Positions 28,690-38,793 of a DNA stretch of 64,000 bases are shown here, piece by piece. Made by a program: the position numbers and the translations under genes. Below the pieces are notes generated by a model. The model made no database searches. It saw nothing but the letters and a program-made list of their open reading frames with translations, and was not told the origin of the DNA. The stretch is from positions 6,306 to 70,305 of the forward strand of contig DASVHD010000028.1 in the NCBI GenBank assembly GCA_036382775.1, in the 5' to 3' direction. Position 1 is the stretch's first letter; each line of letters starts with the position of its first letter. Source of the DNA: a bacterium. Lineage in GTDB: Bacteria > Hydrothermota > Tepidihabitantia > SM23-42 > JAOAFX01.

Positions 28690-31116
28690 ATGTTCGACGA
28701 AATCCTGCCGCTCGTAAAAAAACCAATTCGATACACAGGGGGCGAATACAACATAACCCTGAAATCCAGTACCCCCGTTCACGTGGGGATCGTCTTTCCC
28801 GAGATCTACGAGATCGGTATGTCGAACCTCGGCATAAAGATCATCTATCACCTTTTCAACAAAGTACCGGACATCCAATGCGAAAGGATCTTTGCCCCCT
28901 GGCCTGATTTCGGTGAGCAGTGCCGAACCCGCAACATTCCGATCTTCGGCCTGGAGTCAAAAAAATCCGTCAAGGAATTCGATCTGCTGGGTTTCAGCCT
29001 GCAGAGCGAATTGAGCTATACGACGGTCCTGTACGTTCTGGAACTTTCACAGATACCCTTCCGGGCGGCGCAGCGCGGTGCCGAACACCCGCTCCTGATC
29101 GCCGGCGGGCCGGCGGCTCTCAATCCGAATCCCTTGAGCCCGGTCTTTGATGCCTTTGTGCTGGGGGACGGCGAGGAAGTCACTCTCCGGATCTCCGAAG
29201 TACTGCTGGGTATCCCTAAGATCAAAAAACATGAACGGCTTTCGGCGCTCGCGAACATCGAAGGCATATGGGTGCCACAGATCCACGGCAAGTCCAAGGT
29301 CATAAAGAAGTGCGTGGTCCCGGAATTGACCGACGACGCACTGCCTTCGCCGGCGATCCTGCCGATCAGCGATATAACCCATGACCGGCTGGCGATTGAA
29401 GTTATGCGCGGATGCACCTGGGGCTGCCGCTTCTGCCAGTCGGGTTATGTGAACCGTCCCCTGCGGATACGCCCGGCCGATGACATTATCCGGGCGGTGG
29501 AGCGCGGCATTCGCGAAACCGGCTGGGAGGAGGTATCGCTCTTATCCTTTTCCATCCTGGATTACCCGGGTCTCTTGAATCTCGTACGGAGGCTTAACGA
29601 GATCTTGAAAAAAAAGAACATCTGCATATCGCTGCCGGCCATGCGCGGCGAATTGTTCAGTGAAGAGCTTGCGGTCCTGCTCAAAGAAGTAAAAAAAACC
29701 GGTCTTACCTTTGCCCCGGAAACAGCCAGCGATGACCTTAGAAAGCGGATCAATAAATCATTTTCCAACGAGCGAATGATATCGTCCATCAATATCGCTA
29801 ACCGTCAGGGATGGAAACAGGTCAAGCTCTATTTCATGGTGGGGCTGCCCGGTGAAAACGACCAGGACGTGCGGGCCATCAATGATTTGGTGACCGATAT
29901 CCTCAAGGCGTTCCCGAAAGGCACGATCAAACTCTCGTTATCTCCCTTCATCCCCAAACCGCATACGCCTTTCGAATCGACCGGCTTCCTGCCGGTCGCG
30001 GAGCTGACGGAAAAGATAAATTCCATCCGCCGGTTGAAAAAACCCCGGTTGGAACTGAATTACCAGTCACCCGAAGTCTCGTTCATCGAAGCGTTCCTTT
30101 CCCGATGCGACGACAGGGGCTTTGAGGTCATCGAGGAGGTATATAAGCGCGGCGGCCGGTTCGAGGAATGGCGCGAGGAATTCGATTTTCAGCGCTGGCA
30201 GCAAGCTTTTGAGAAAACCGGCGTCGATCCCCAGGCGTACCTGAAGCCGCTTGACCGCTATCCATGGGATTTCATTGACGTTGGCGTAACCAAGGATTTT
30301 CTCAAGCAGGAACTCACCCGCTCGTCGGCCGGGGAAGCGACTGACAATTGTTTTTATCACGGCTGTACGCCGTGCGGCGCGTGCCCTGATGGCCAGAATA
30401 TACCGCGGCACAGCGAGCAAACGTTGCCGGAAAAATATCTGAACTACGGCCGCTACCCGAAACGGGACATATCATCGCAGGCGTTCCGCGTCAAATATTC
30501 AGTCGGCGAGCAATTCAGGTACGCTTCCCATCTTGACATAACACGCACGATCTACCGGGCGCTCCGGCGGTCAGACCTGCCCATTGAATACACCCAGGGT
30601 TATTCGCCCCTGCCCCGGGTCTCATTCTCACCCCCAAAAAGCGTGGGCATCGTGTCCAAAGGCGATTTTTTCGACTGCTATCTGGTCGGTGATTATTTCT
30701 CGAATATATCGAGGGAACTTAACAGCCGTTTTCCGCCGGGGATCAGGGTCCTGGACGTACGCTCGCTCCCTCATAAAACACCATCGCTCAGCAGTTCGAT
30801 CAACGTGATCTACTTTGAGATCGGCATCGCGCCCGAAAGATTGAAAAATCCGATCGATATGAACGATCCAAGGCCCCTGTATGTCCCGACCAAATCAGGA
30901 TCGAAGAATATCAGGGAATCCATCGAAACCATTTCTGTGCAGCAACAGACATTGAATTGTGGTCTCTATTTCGGACCGGGTATGATAAATGTGTATGATC
31001 TTCTTTCCTACTTGACCGGTGAACCTGTGGACCAGGTCAAGGCATGCAAGATAACACGGACTGCGATGTTCATCAAGAAAGAAGGTCTCCTCGCCTCACC
31101 AATGGAGGTAACGTAA
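28690..31116 (+). CDS. B12-binding-like radical SAM protein fused to DUF2344 (TIGR03960/TIGR03936-type)
   Basis: CTWGCRFC (CX3CX2C) radical-SAM cluster motif after an N-terminal Rossmann-like region; ~280-aa C-terminal extension; classic neighbourhood immediately upstream of RNase G. Confidence 0.75.
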   Translation: MFDEILPLVKKPIRYTGGEYNITLKSSTPVHVGIVFPEIYEIGMSNLGIKIIYHLFNKVPDIQCERIFAPWPDFGEQCRTRNIPIFGLESKKSVKEFDLLGFSLQSELSYTTVLYVLELSQIPFRAAQRGAEHPLLIAGGPAALNPNPLSPVFDAFVLGDGEEVTLRISEVLLGIPKIKKHERLSALANIEGIWVPQIHGKSKVIKKCVVPELTDDALPSPAILPISDITHDRLAIEVMRGCTWGCRFCQSGYVNRPLRIRPADDIIRAVERGIRETGWEEVSLLSFSILDYPGLLNLVRRLNEILKKKNICISLPAMRGELFSEELAVLLKEVKKTGLTFAPETASDDLRKRINKSFSNERMISSINIANRQGWKQVKLYFMVGLPGENDQDVRAINDLVTDILKAFPKGTIKLSLSPFIPKPHTPFESTGFLPVAELTEKINSIRRLKKPRLELNYQSPEVSFIEAFLSRCDDRGFEVIEEVYKRGGRFEEWREEFDFQRWQQAFEKTGVDPQAYLKPLDRYPWDFIDVGVTKDFLKQELTRSSAGEATDNCFYHGCTPCGACPDGQNIPRHSEQTLPEKYLNYGRYPKRDISSQAFRVKYSVGEQFRYASHLDITRTIYRALRRSDLPIEYTQGYSPLPRVSFSPPKSVGIVSKGDFFDCYLVGDYFSNISRELNSRFPPGIRVLDVRSLPHKTPSLSSSINVIYFEIGIAPERLKNPIDMNDPRPLYVPTKSGSKNIRESIETISVQQQTLNCGLYFGPGMINVYDLLSYLTGEPVDQVKACKITRTAMFIKKEGLLASPMEVT

Positions 31117-32588
31117 TGAAAAAAGATATCGTCATAAATGTTTCCGGCATGGAAACCCGGATCGCCATCATGGAAGACGACCTGCTCGTGGAATATCATG
31201 TTGAGCGCCCAGAGCAGGGCAGTCTGGTCGGGAACATCTACAAGGCCAAAGTATTGAATATGATCTCGGGACTTAAAGCCGCGTTCGTGGACCTCGGCAT
31301 GGAGAAGAACGGTTTTCTGCCGCTCGATGAGATCCCATTCCAGGAATTCTCCGATCTTTTTGAGAACGAAGTCGAGATGGACACGGCCTACCGCCCGGAA
31401 ACCATAAAGCTCAAAGAAAAACAGGAAACGGTCGTTCAGGTCACCAAGGATGCTTACGGCATCAAAGGCCCCCGGGTCACGTCGTACATCTCGATCCCCG
31501 GACGGTATATCGTGCTGCTCATCAATGCCCGCAATGTCGGCGTGTCCAGGAAGATCCGGAACCGGCATGAACGGGAAATACTGCTCAAGATCGGCCGGGA
31601 GGTCAGGCCCCATGGCATGGGGCTGATCATCCGGACGGCCGCGGCATCGGCAAAACCCGACGAAATCAAGAACGAGGTGCGCTATTTGAAGAACGAATAC
31701 GAAAAAAGCATGCACCTAGCGGAGAAGCCGGCGCCGTTACTCGCCTACCGCGAACCAGACACCACGATCAAGATCGTCAGGGACCTGTTCAATCATGAGG
31801 TTCGCAACCTGATCGTGGACAACGACCTGAAATACCGCTTGATCAATGATTACCTGAGCAAGGTCTCGCCGCGCATAAGGTCGCGGGTCAAGATGTACCG
31901 CGACAACGAACCGATCTTCGTCCGATACGGGGTCGAGGATCAGCTGAAAGACATCTTTGAAAGGAAGCTCTGGCTGCCAGGCGGCGGATACATCATTATC
32001 GATCAGACCGAAGCGTTCCTCGCGATCGACGTGAACACGGGTAAATCGTCCAGGGAAAAACAGGCGGAAAAACTCGCGCTCTTGACCAACCTTGAGGCCC
32101 TCAAGGAGGTCGCGCGCCAGCTGAGGCTGCGGGACATCGGCGGACTGGTCGTCGTCGACCTTATCGATCTGGAAAAAAAGGAGAACATCGACCGCATGCT
32201 CCGGGAATTCAAGGGCATGATCCACCAGGACCGCGCCCGTTACCGGGTCGGCGGGATCAGCGAATTCGGCCTGCTGCAGTTCACCCGTGAACGGTCGCGC
32301 ACGAGCCTGACGCATCAGCTCGGCGAAGCCTGCCCGATCTGCCGGGGACGCGGCCGGATCCTGTCAAAGTCGAGCATGATCGGTAATATCGAACGATGGT
32401 TCATGAATAACGCGAAAACGATCAAGAACAAAGTCATTGAACTGCGCGCCTCTCCGAGAGTGATCGATTACCTGAGCTTATACCATTCTGACACGCTGGC
32501 CAAGATCGGCAAGGAAGGCAACCTTATCATCAGGTTAAAAGCCGACTACGCTGTGCCCGAGGATGATTTCAAAATGCTGGTCACTTAG
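31116..32588 (+). CDS. rng: ribonuclease G/E family (Rng)
   Basis: MKKDIVINV.. S1 domain then RNase E/G catalytic core (IIDQTEAFLAIDVNTG, DLIDLEKKEN); start taken at ATG 31116 rather than track's 31044. Confidence 0.85.
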   Translation: MKKDIVINVSGMETRIAIMEDDLLVEYHVERPEQGSLVGNIYKAKVLNMISGLKAAFVDLGMEKNGFLPLDEIPFQEFSDLFENEVEMDTAYRPETIKLKEKQETVVQVTKDAYGIKGPRVTSYISIPGRYIVLLINARNVGVSRKIRNRHEREILLKIGREVRPHGMGLIIRTAAASAKPDEIKNEVRYLKNEYEKSMHLAEKPAPLLAYREPDTTIKIVRDLFNHEVRNLIVDNDLKYRLINDYLSKVSPRIRSRVKMYRDNEPIFVRYGVEDQLKDIFERKLWLPGGGYIIIDQTEAFLAIDVNTGKSSREKQAEKLALLTNLEALKEVARQLRLRDIGGLVVVDLIDLEKKENIDRMLREFKGMIHQDRARYRVGGISEFGLLQFTRERSRTSLTHQLGEACPICRGRGRILSKSSMIGNIERWFMNNAKTIKNKVIELRASPRVIDYLSLYHSDTLAKIGKEGNLIIRLKADYAVPEDDFKMLVT

Positions 32589-32606
32589 CAGCAGCTCTTG
32601 AGGACG

Positions 32607-32634
32607 TGACAAAGGGCTGAAAATGATTATAATG
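32607..32634 (+). promoter_or_regulatory. promoter GTGACA-16-TATAAT positioned for a leaderless/near-leaderless tkt mRNA
   Basis: -10 TATAAT at 32629-32634, only 8 nt before ATG 32643; no SD possible. Confidence 0.4.
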
Positions 32635-32642
32635 AACTGATC

Positions 32643-34568
32643 ATGCCGGATTTCAACCGCCCTATTTCCGGACCAGAGATCGACCACCTGCGAGAGCTTG
32701 CCCGTCTATGCCGCGGCGATATCCTGGTCATGACGACCATCGCCGGTTCCGGACACCCCGGCGGCTCGATGTCATCGCTTGACATATACCTCACGCTATA
32801 TTCCTGCGCCAACAGCTCACCGGAAAATGCCGATGACCCGCAGCGCGACCGGATCATCGTCAGCCATGGCCATACATCGCCTGGCGTCTATGCCTGCCTT
32901 GCCCGTCTTGGTTTCATTGACCATGGAGATCTCCTGACCGGATTTCGCCGTATCCGCGGCCCCTATGAGGGCCACATCGAGCGCCACCTGCCCGGCGTGG
33001 AATGGACGACCGGCAACCTGGGCCAGGGTCTGTCCGCGGCATGCGGGTTTGCGCTGGCCGCGAAGATCAAGCAGTTGAAGTACGACACCTACGCGGTCAT
33101 GAGCGATGCCGAACAGGCGAAAGGCCAGGTCGCGGAAGCAAGGCGTTTTGCGAAAAAATACGGTCTGACCGATCTTACGGTGCTTATCGACTATAACCAA
33201 TTCCAGATATCAGGACGAACCCGCAATATCATGCCGGTAAATATCAAGGAAAACTACCTGGCTGACGGCTGGCAGGTCGACGAGGTTGACGGGCACGACT
33301 TTGCCCAGCTGCACGAAGCGATCAGACGGGCGCGTTCTGATGCGAACAACCCCCGTATGATCTTGTGTCGCACGATCATGGGCAAAGGCGTTTCGTTCAT
33401 GGAGAACCGGGAAAAGTACCCGGGCGAACCGCTGAGCCAGGCGTTCTACCACGGCCAGGCCCTCAAACGCGACGAATGCGCGAAGGCGCTGAAAGAACTG
33501 GGGGTTGAGGACACGATCGACCAGTTGACCGCGGACGCAAAAAATCGCGTGATAAAAGGATTTCACCGCAAAGATATGCCGCTGCCTGTTATCCATGAAG
33601 CGCTAGCGCGGACTTACACCGACAAAACCGATCTGCGGCTGGCCTGGGGCAATGCCCTGGAAGACATGGCCAAAGCCAACCCGGAAAATACCTTCGCGGT
33701 ATTCGACTGCGATCTTGCTGAATCGGTCGGCACCATGACTTTTTTCCGCATCAGGCCGCATAATTTCTTTGAAGCCGGGGTCAGCGAACATACCACGGCG
33801 ACCATTGCCGGCGCGTTGTCCCTGAACGGCGTGTGTTCGATCTGGGCCGACTTCGGCGTTTTTGCCGTCGACGAGGTCTATAACCAGCTTCGGATCAATG
33901 ATATCAATAATACCAGCCTCAAGATCGTCGCCACCCATTGCGGGTATAATGTCGGCCCGGACGGTAAAACCCACCACTGCATTGACTATCTGGGCCTGCT
34001 CAGGAATTTATTCGGTTTTAAGGTCGTGGTACCCTGCGATCCCAACCAGGCTGACCGTATTGCCAGGTTCATGCTGCAGCAACCCGGCAATTTCGTAATG
34101 GCCCTTGGCCGTACCAAACTCCCGGTTATCACGGATGAAGCCAGAAAGCCGTTATTCGGCGGTGGCTATGCTTATGCTTACGGTGCCGTGGATATTGTTC
34201 GCGAAGGATCAGACTGCGCGATCTTCGCAACGGGAGCCATGGTCGATCAGGCGATCGAGGCCCGTGCCCTTCTCAAGAAGGACGGCATTAAAGCGAGGGT
34301 ATATGCGGTCTCATCACCGCTTGAGGTCGCAAGAGTTATCATCAAAGCCGCAGCTTCGACCAGGCTGGTCGTGAGTTATGAGGACCACAACCCCATGACC
34401 GGACTCGGCTGCACGATCGCTCATGGCCTGGCCGATATCCAGAGCGGGACAAAATTCGCAAAAGTCGGCGTGACCCAGTATGCCGGGTCGGACGAGGCCG
34501 ATGTTTTATACAAAAAATATTCGCTTGACGCAGGGTCCGTGGCCGAGACAATAAAAAAGAACCTGTAA
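32643..34568 (+). CDS. tkt: transketolase (full-length, single-chain)
   Basis: GHPGGSMS TPP motif, TGNLGQGLS, 641 aa. Confidence 0.9.
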   Translation: MPDFNRPISGPEIDHLRELARLCRGDILVMTTIAGSGHPGGSMSSLDIYLTLYSCANSSPENADDPQRDRIIVSHGHTSPGVYACLARLGFIDHGDLLTGFRRIRGPYEGHIERHLPGVEWTTGNLGQGLSAACGFALAAKIKQLKYDTYAVMSDAEQAKGQVAEARRFAKKYGLTDLTVLIDYNQFQISGRTRNIMPVNIKENYLADGWQVDEVDGHDFAQLHEAIRRARSDANNPRMILCRTIMGKGVSFMENREKYPGEPLSQAFYHGQALKRDECAKALKELGVEDTIDQLTADAKNRVIKGFHRKDMPLPVIHEALARTYTDKTDLRLAWGNALEDMAKANPENTFAVFDCDLAESVGTMTFFRIRPHNFFEAGVSEHTTATIAGALSLNGVCSIWADFGVFAVDEVYNQLRINDINNTSLKIVATHCGYNVGPDGKTHHCIDYLGLLRNLFGFKVVVPCDPNQADRIARFMLQQPGNFVMALGRTKLPVITDEARKPLFGGGYAYAYGAVDIVREGSDCAIFATGAMVDQAIEARALLKKDGIKARVYAVSSPLEVARVIIKAAASTRLVVSYEDHNPMTGLGCTIAHGLADIQSGTKFAKVGVTQYAGSDEADVLYKKYSLDAGSVAETIKKNL

Positions 34569-34569
34569 C

Positions 34570-35121
34570 ATGGCAAACAAAACCATACCGATCCACTACG
34601 TGAGCACGCTCGAACAAGCCGCCGACTTGATCCGGCAGCACAAGAATTTCTGGGTCTGCAACTGTGGTTGCCGCGAGAGCCGTGAAAAAGGTAAATGCCG
34701 GCGCTCCCGCATCGATGTCTGCCTTTTTTTCCGCGGTGACGTCGGCAGCAGCGGATCAGAACTGAAAAAAAAGACGCGCCGGTTTGCCGAAGGCATTCTG
34801 CATGAAGCATATGACAAATGGCTTGTGAGCCGTCCGTTCCGCAATGATAAAAATAAAAAGATCGTCGATGGCATATGTTTCTGCTGTAATGACTGCTGCG
34901 GTTATTTTCTCGATCCCACAGAGATCTGCGATAAGGGGAAATATGTGGAAAAGACCGACATGAAGCTGTGTACCGGCTGCAGCAGCTGCGTTGATGTATG
35001 CTATTTCAAGGCGCGCAGGCTCAAAGGCGGCCGCCTGAAGATCACGCGGTCCAAATGCTATGGCTGTGGCTTATGTATCCGGGTTTGTCCGGCCAAGGCC
35101 GTAAAAATATCCAAAAGGTAA
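34570..35121 (+). CDS. Cys-rich iron-sulfur protein with C-terminal 2x[4Fe-4S] ferredoxin motifs
   Basis: CTGCSSCVDVC and CYGCGLCIRVCP; extra N-terminal CNCGC...C and CFCCNDCCG clusters; starts 2 nt after tkt stop. Confidence 0.6.
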   Translation: MANKTIPIHYVSTLEQAADLIRQHKNFWVCNCGCRESREKGKCRRSRIDVCLFFRGDVGSSGSELKKKTRRFAEGILHEAYDKWLVSRPFRNDKNKKIVDGICFCCNDCCGYFLDPTEICDKGKYVEKTDMKLCTGCSSCVDVCYFKARRLKGGRLKITRSKCYGCGLCIRVCPAKAVKISKR

Positions 35122-35131
35122 AACTTTTTCC

Positions 35132-35713
35132 TCAGCGTCTTTTCAAACCATCCAGCGTGATCCTGATGATCTCCTGCTCTTTGCCTGCCACCGCGGGTAT
35201 GAAAAAATGCAGTGAAAAGGCCGCCCGGACCGCGTTCAAGAAAAAGTACGCTCCGATACGCGGATCGGTTTTTCTGAATTCACCCTTTTCAACGCCCTCG
35301 CTGATGATACGGCTGATCAATGCGACGATCTCATCGACCCTCGCTATCGCCTGACGGTGGATCGCTTTCATGATGCGGCTCGTAAGGTTCATGTTATCGA
35401 TCATTTCCAGCCCGATCCCGCCCTTGAATCTAAGCATGAAACGGACCCAGTCTTTGGCGATCTTTTCAAGCTTTCTGGTCGGTGAAATATTTTCGCTGAC
35501 TGTCTGTTTGAGCATGGTCACCGCGCCGTTGAAGTACTCGTCAATGATACCGGCGTAAAGTGAGGGCTTGTCCTTGAAATACAGGTAGACCGTGCCCTTG
35601 GCGATCCCGGCGCAGCGTGCTATATCCTCGACCCGGGTTTCAAAAAACCCGCGTTGAGTAAAGACCCTCACCGCCGCGCCGATTATTTTTTTCCGTACTT
35701 CAAGATTTTTCAT
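35132..35713 (-). CDS. TetR/AcrR family transcriptional regulator
   Basis: N-terminal HTH (IIGAAVRVFTQRGFFETRVEDIARCAGIAKGTVYLYF); 4-nt overlap with upstream RND pump gene. Confidence 0.85.
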   Translation of the reverse strand: MKNLEVRKKIIGAAVRVFTQRGFFETRVEDIARCAGIAKGTVYLYFKDKPSLYAGIIDEYFNGAVTMLKQTVSENISPTRKLEKIAKDWVRFMLRFKGGIGLEMIDNMNLTSRIMKAIHRQAIARVDEIVALISRIISEGVEKGEFRKTDPRIGAYFFLNAVRAAFSLHFFIPAVAGKEQEIIRITLDGLKRR

Positions 35714-38700
35714 CGCGTATCAGGTTTGAGCCTTTTTTTTTCGCTCTTGCGCTCGAACATCGCGTACAGCACCGGGATCACGATCAAGGTCAGGAACGTA
35801 GCCACCATCATGCCGCCGATCACGGAACGCGCCATGGGCGCGCGCATCTCATTACCCGAACCAATACCCAATGCCATCGGGATCAGACCGAAGATCGTGG
35901 TCAACGCGGTCATCAGGATCGGCCGCATCCTAACCCGGCCCGCTTCAACGAGCGCATCAACTAATGACCGCCCTTCGTTCCGGCGCAACTGGTTCGCGTA
36001 ATCGATGTACACAATGGCGTTGTTCACGACCACACCGCCCAAAATGAGCACGCCGAGCAGGCTCTGCATATTGAACGTCGTCCCGGTAAAGAACAGCATC
36101 CAAAGAACGCCGATGATCCCCAGCGGGATCGTGAACATGATGATGAACGGTTCCTTTAATGATTCAAACTGGCCGACCATGATGATATACACCAGGAACA
36201 ACGACAGTACGATGACCAGGCCGATATCGCGGAAAGTGTTCTGCATCTCCTCAAAACCGCCGGAAAGCTTGATCTCAAAATCCGATGGCCTGGGGTAATC
36301 TTTTAGCTTTTTCTGCACCTCTCGCGCCGCGCCGTTCGGATCCCGGCCTTCAACGTTCGCGCTGACCTTGACGATGCGGTTCGTATTTTCATGTTCTATC
36401 TGCGCCGGACCGACCGTCGTGGTATCATTAAGAAAATTCCTTAATGGAACCTCGCCCAGCGGCGTGGTGACCGTCATGGACCGTATTTTTTCCGGTGCGT
36501 CGCGGTATTTCTCGCCGAACCTGACCCGGACGTCATATTCATCGCCTTCGATCCGGTACTGCGTGGCGACGGTTCCCTCGATCCGGCTGCGCAGGATGCT
36601 TCCGATCTGGTACGGGGTCAAGCCGAACTGGGCGGCCTTGTACCGGTCAACGATGAACTGGATCTCGGGCCGGCCTTCGCTGAAATCGCTCTCAATATCG
36701 ACAACACCGCGAATACCCCTGAGCATGTCCATGAGTTGGTCTGATATCTTCTTGGATCTGGCGAGGTCATAACCGATGATCTTTATTTCGATCGGTTTCT
36801 CGCTGCCAAAAAGCATCGACTGGTCAGAAGTGAACCGCGTCACCATCCCGGGGATCCCGTTCATCTTTAATCGCAGGTCACGCTGGATATCGGTCACCGA
36901 GCGCTTGCGCTGTTCGCGTTCAACCAGCCCGATCCAGATAGTCGCGGTGTGCTGTCCGCTGCCGCCGCCGAACAGCGCGGTAAACCCTGAACCAGTGCCT
37001 ACGGTCACGAACGAATTCTCCAATTCGGGTACCTCCTGCTGGATGATTTTTTCCAGCCGGCTGACCGCTGAATCCGTAATCGCCAGTTTGGTGCCCATCG
37101 GCATTTCGGCCTCGACCTGAATTTCATTCTGGTCGACATTCGGGCTCAGCTCCGCGCCGATGAACGGAAACAATGCCAGGCTGATTATGAAAAGACCAAG
37201 GCTTGTCCACGCTACGGTCTTGCGGTGTGTCAGCGCCCACTTAATGAGGATTGAATAATAGTTCTCCAGTCTCGTGTAGAATATTTTCATGGTTCTTGAA
37301 AGTCCGGTTTCCTTGATCTGCAGGAATTTTGACATCAGCATCGGGACGATCGTGATCGCGACGATCAACGATGATATCAACGCGAACGTGACCGTCAGGG
37401 CGAGCTGGGTAAAGAAGATCGCGGCGAACCCGCGCACCAGGAGCAGGGGCAAAAAGACCGCGACCGTGGTCAGGGTCGAAGCCGTGATCGCCATGCCGAC
37501 TTCCTTTGTGCCGACGATCGCGGCTATATCCGGCATCTCTTTCTTTTCCTGGCGGTGGCGGTATATCGCCTCAAAAACCACGATCGCGTTGTCGACCACC
37601 ATGCCGATCGCGATCGTCAAACCGCCCAGCGAAATGATGTTAAGGCTCATATTGAAGATGAACATCAGGAATAGCGTGAAAAATATCGTAATGGGCATGG
37701 CTACGCCGACAAAAACCGTGGCGCGCAGATTGCCCAGAAAAAGGAAGAGGATGATCGCCGCGAGGAGCGCGCCCATCCACAGCGTGTCCGCCGTGCTTTT
37801 CACCGAGCGGTTGATGAAATCCGCCTGATTGAAGATAATATCGATCGCGATCCCAGCCGGCAGTTCTTTTCTGATCTCGCCGATGACCTTCATCACGTTG
37901 CCGCACACACTAACGGTGTTGGCGTCAGACCTTTTCTGCACCATTCCCCAGATCGATGAAACGCCATTAGTGCGGGAATAAACGGCCGCATCCGACGGTT
38001 CCAGCCGGATGTCCGCGAGCTGGCCAAGCGCGACCGGCACGCCATTACTGTTGCCGACGATGGTCTTGCGTATGTCGTCAAGATTTTTGTACTCGCCGAT
38101 GATCCTCAGGCTGTAAGTCTTATCGCCGCTTTCGACCGAACCCAACGGGTAATTGAGATTTTGAGCCTGCAGGACACTGACCACCTGGTCAGCCGTTATC
38201 CCGGTGCTTACCAGTTTCTCGGGATTGAAGGTCACGTGGATCTCGGTAAAGGTATTGCTCTGGGCATAGGACCCGGCAACGCCGTCCGCGCGCTGAATAC
38301 GGTCGGCGATATTTTCCGTTATCTTATCCAGTTCCAGCGGGTCAATGTCTCCTCTTACGCTGAACATCACTACCGGCTGCTGGGATATGTCAAACTTGAA
38401 GATCAACGGCTGGTCCGCGTCATCCGGAATATAAGGGAGCACGATGCCCAGGCGGTCCCGCACATCATTTGACGCGGCGTCAAGGTTTGATCCCCAGGCA
38501 AAACGAAGCATGATCATTGACGTGTTCTCCGATGACGTCGATGTGATATCTTCGATATTGTTGAGCGTGCCCAGCACTTTCTCGAACGGTTCGGTGATCT
38601 GGCGTTCTGTTTCCTGCGGTCCGGCACCAGGATAAGTCGTAAGCACGACCATCATGGGGAACGTGATATTGGGGAACAGGTCCACGGTCAATTTGCTGAG

Positions 38701-38784
38701 CGAAACAACGCCAAAAACAAGAAGCCCCAGGAACACCATGGATATTGCCAGCGGTCTGCGAACTGCAGTCTCGGTTATCTTCAT
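35710..38784 (-). CDS. RND efflux transporter permease (HAE1/AcrB-like)
   Basis: 1024 aa, 12 TM with two large periplasmic loops, typical AcrB N-terminus MKITETAVRRPLAISMVFLGLLVFG. Confidence 0.9.
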   Translation of the reverse strand: MKITETAVRRPLAISMVFLGLLVFGVVSLSKLTVDLFPNITFPMMVVLTTYPGAGPQETERQITEPFEKVLGTLNNIEDITSTSSENTSMIMLRFAWGSNLDAASNDVRDRLGIVLPYIPDDADQPLIFKFDISQQPVVMFSVRGDIDPLELDKITENIADRIQRADGVAGSYAQSNTFTEIHVTFNPEKLVSTGITADQVVSVLQAQNLNYPLGSVESGDKTYSLRIIGEYKNLDDIRKTIVGNSNGVPVALGQLADIRLEPSDAAVYSRTNGVSSIWGMVQKRSDANTVSVCGNVMKVIGEIRKELPAGIAIDIIFNQADFINRSVKSTADTLWMGALLAAIILFLFLGNLRATVFVGVAMPITIFFTLFLMFIFNMSLNIISLGGLTIAIGMVVDNAIVVFEAIYRHRQEKKEMPDIAAIVGTKEVGMAITASTLTTVAVFLPLLLVRGFAAIFFTQLALTVTFALISSLIVAITIVPMLMSKFLQIKETGLSRTMKIFYTRLENYYSILIKWALTHRKTVAWTSLGLFIISLALFPFIGAELSPNVDQNEIQVEAEMPMGTKLAITDSAVSRLEKIIQQEVPELENSFVTVGTGSGFTALFGGGSGQHTATIWIGLVEREQRKRSVTDIQRDLRLKMNGIPGMVTRFTSDQSMLFGSEKPIEIKIIGYDLARSKKISDQLMDMLRGIRGVVDIESDFSEGRPEIQFIVDRYKAAQFGLTPYQIGSILRSRIEGTVATQYRIEGDEYDVRVRFGEKYRDAPEKIRSMTVTTPLGEVPLRNFLNDTTTVGPAQIEHENTNRIVKVSANVEGRDPNGAAREVQKKLKDYPRPSDFEIKLSGGFEEMQNTFRDIGLVIVLSLFLVYIIMVGQFESLKEPFIIMFTIPLGIIGVLWMLFFTGTTFNMQSLLGVLILGGVVVNNAIVYIDYANQLRRNEGRSLVDALVEAGRVRMRPILMTALTTIFGLIPMALGIGSGNEMRAPMARSVIGGMMVATFLTLIVIPVLYAMFERKSEKKRLKPDTR

Positions 38785-38793
38785 TTTTAAACC

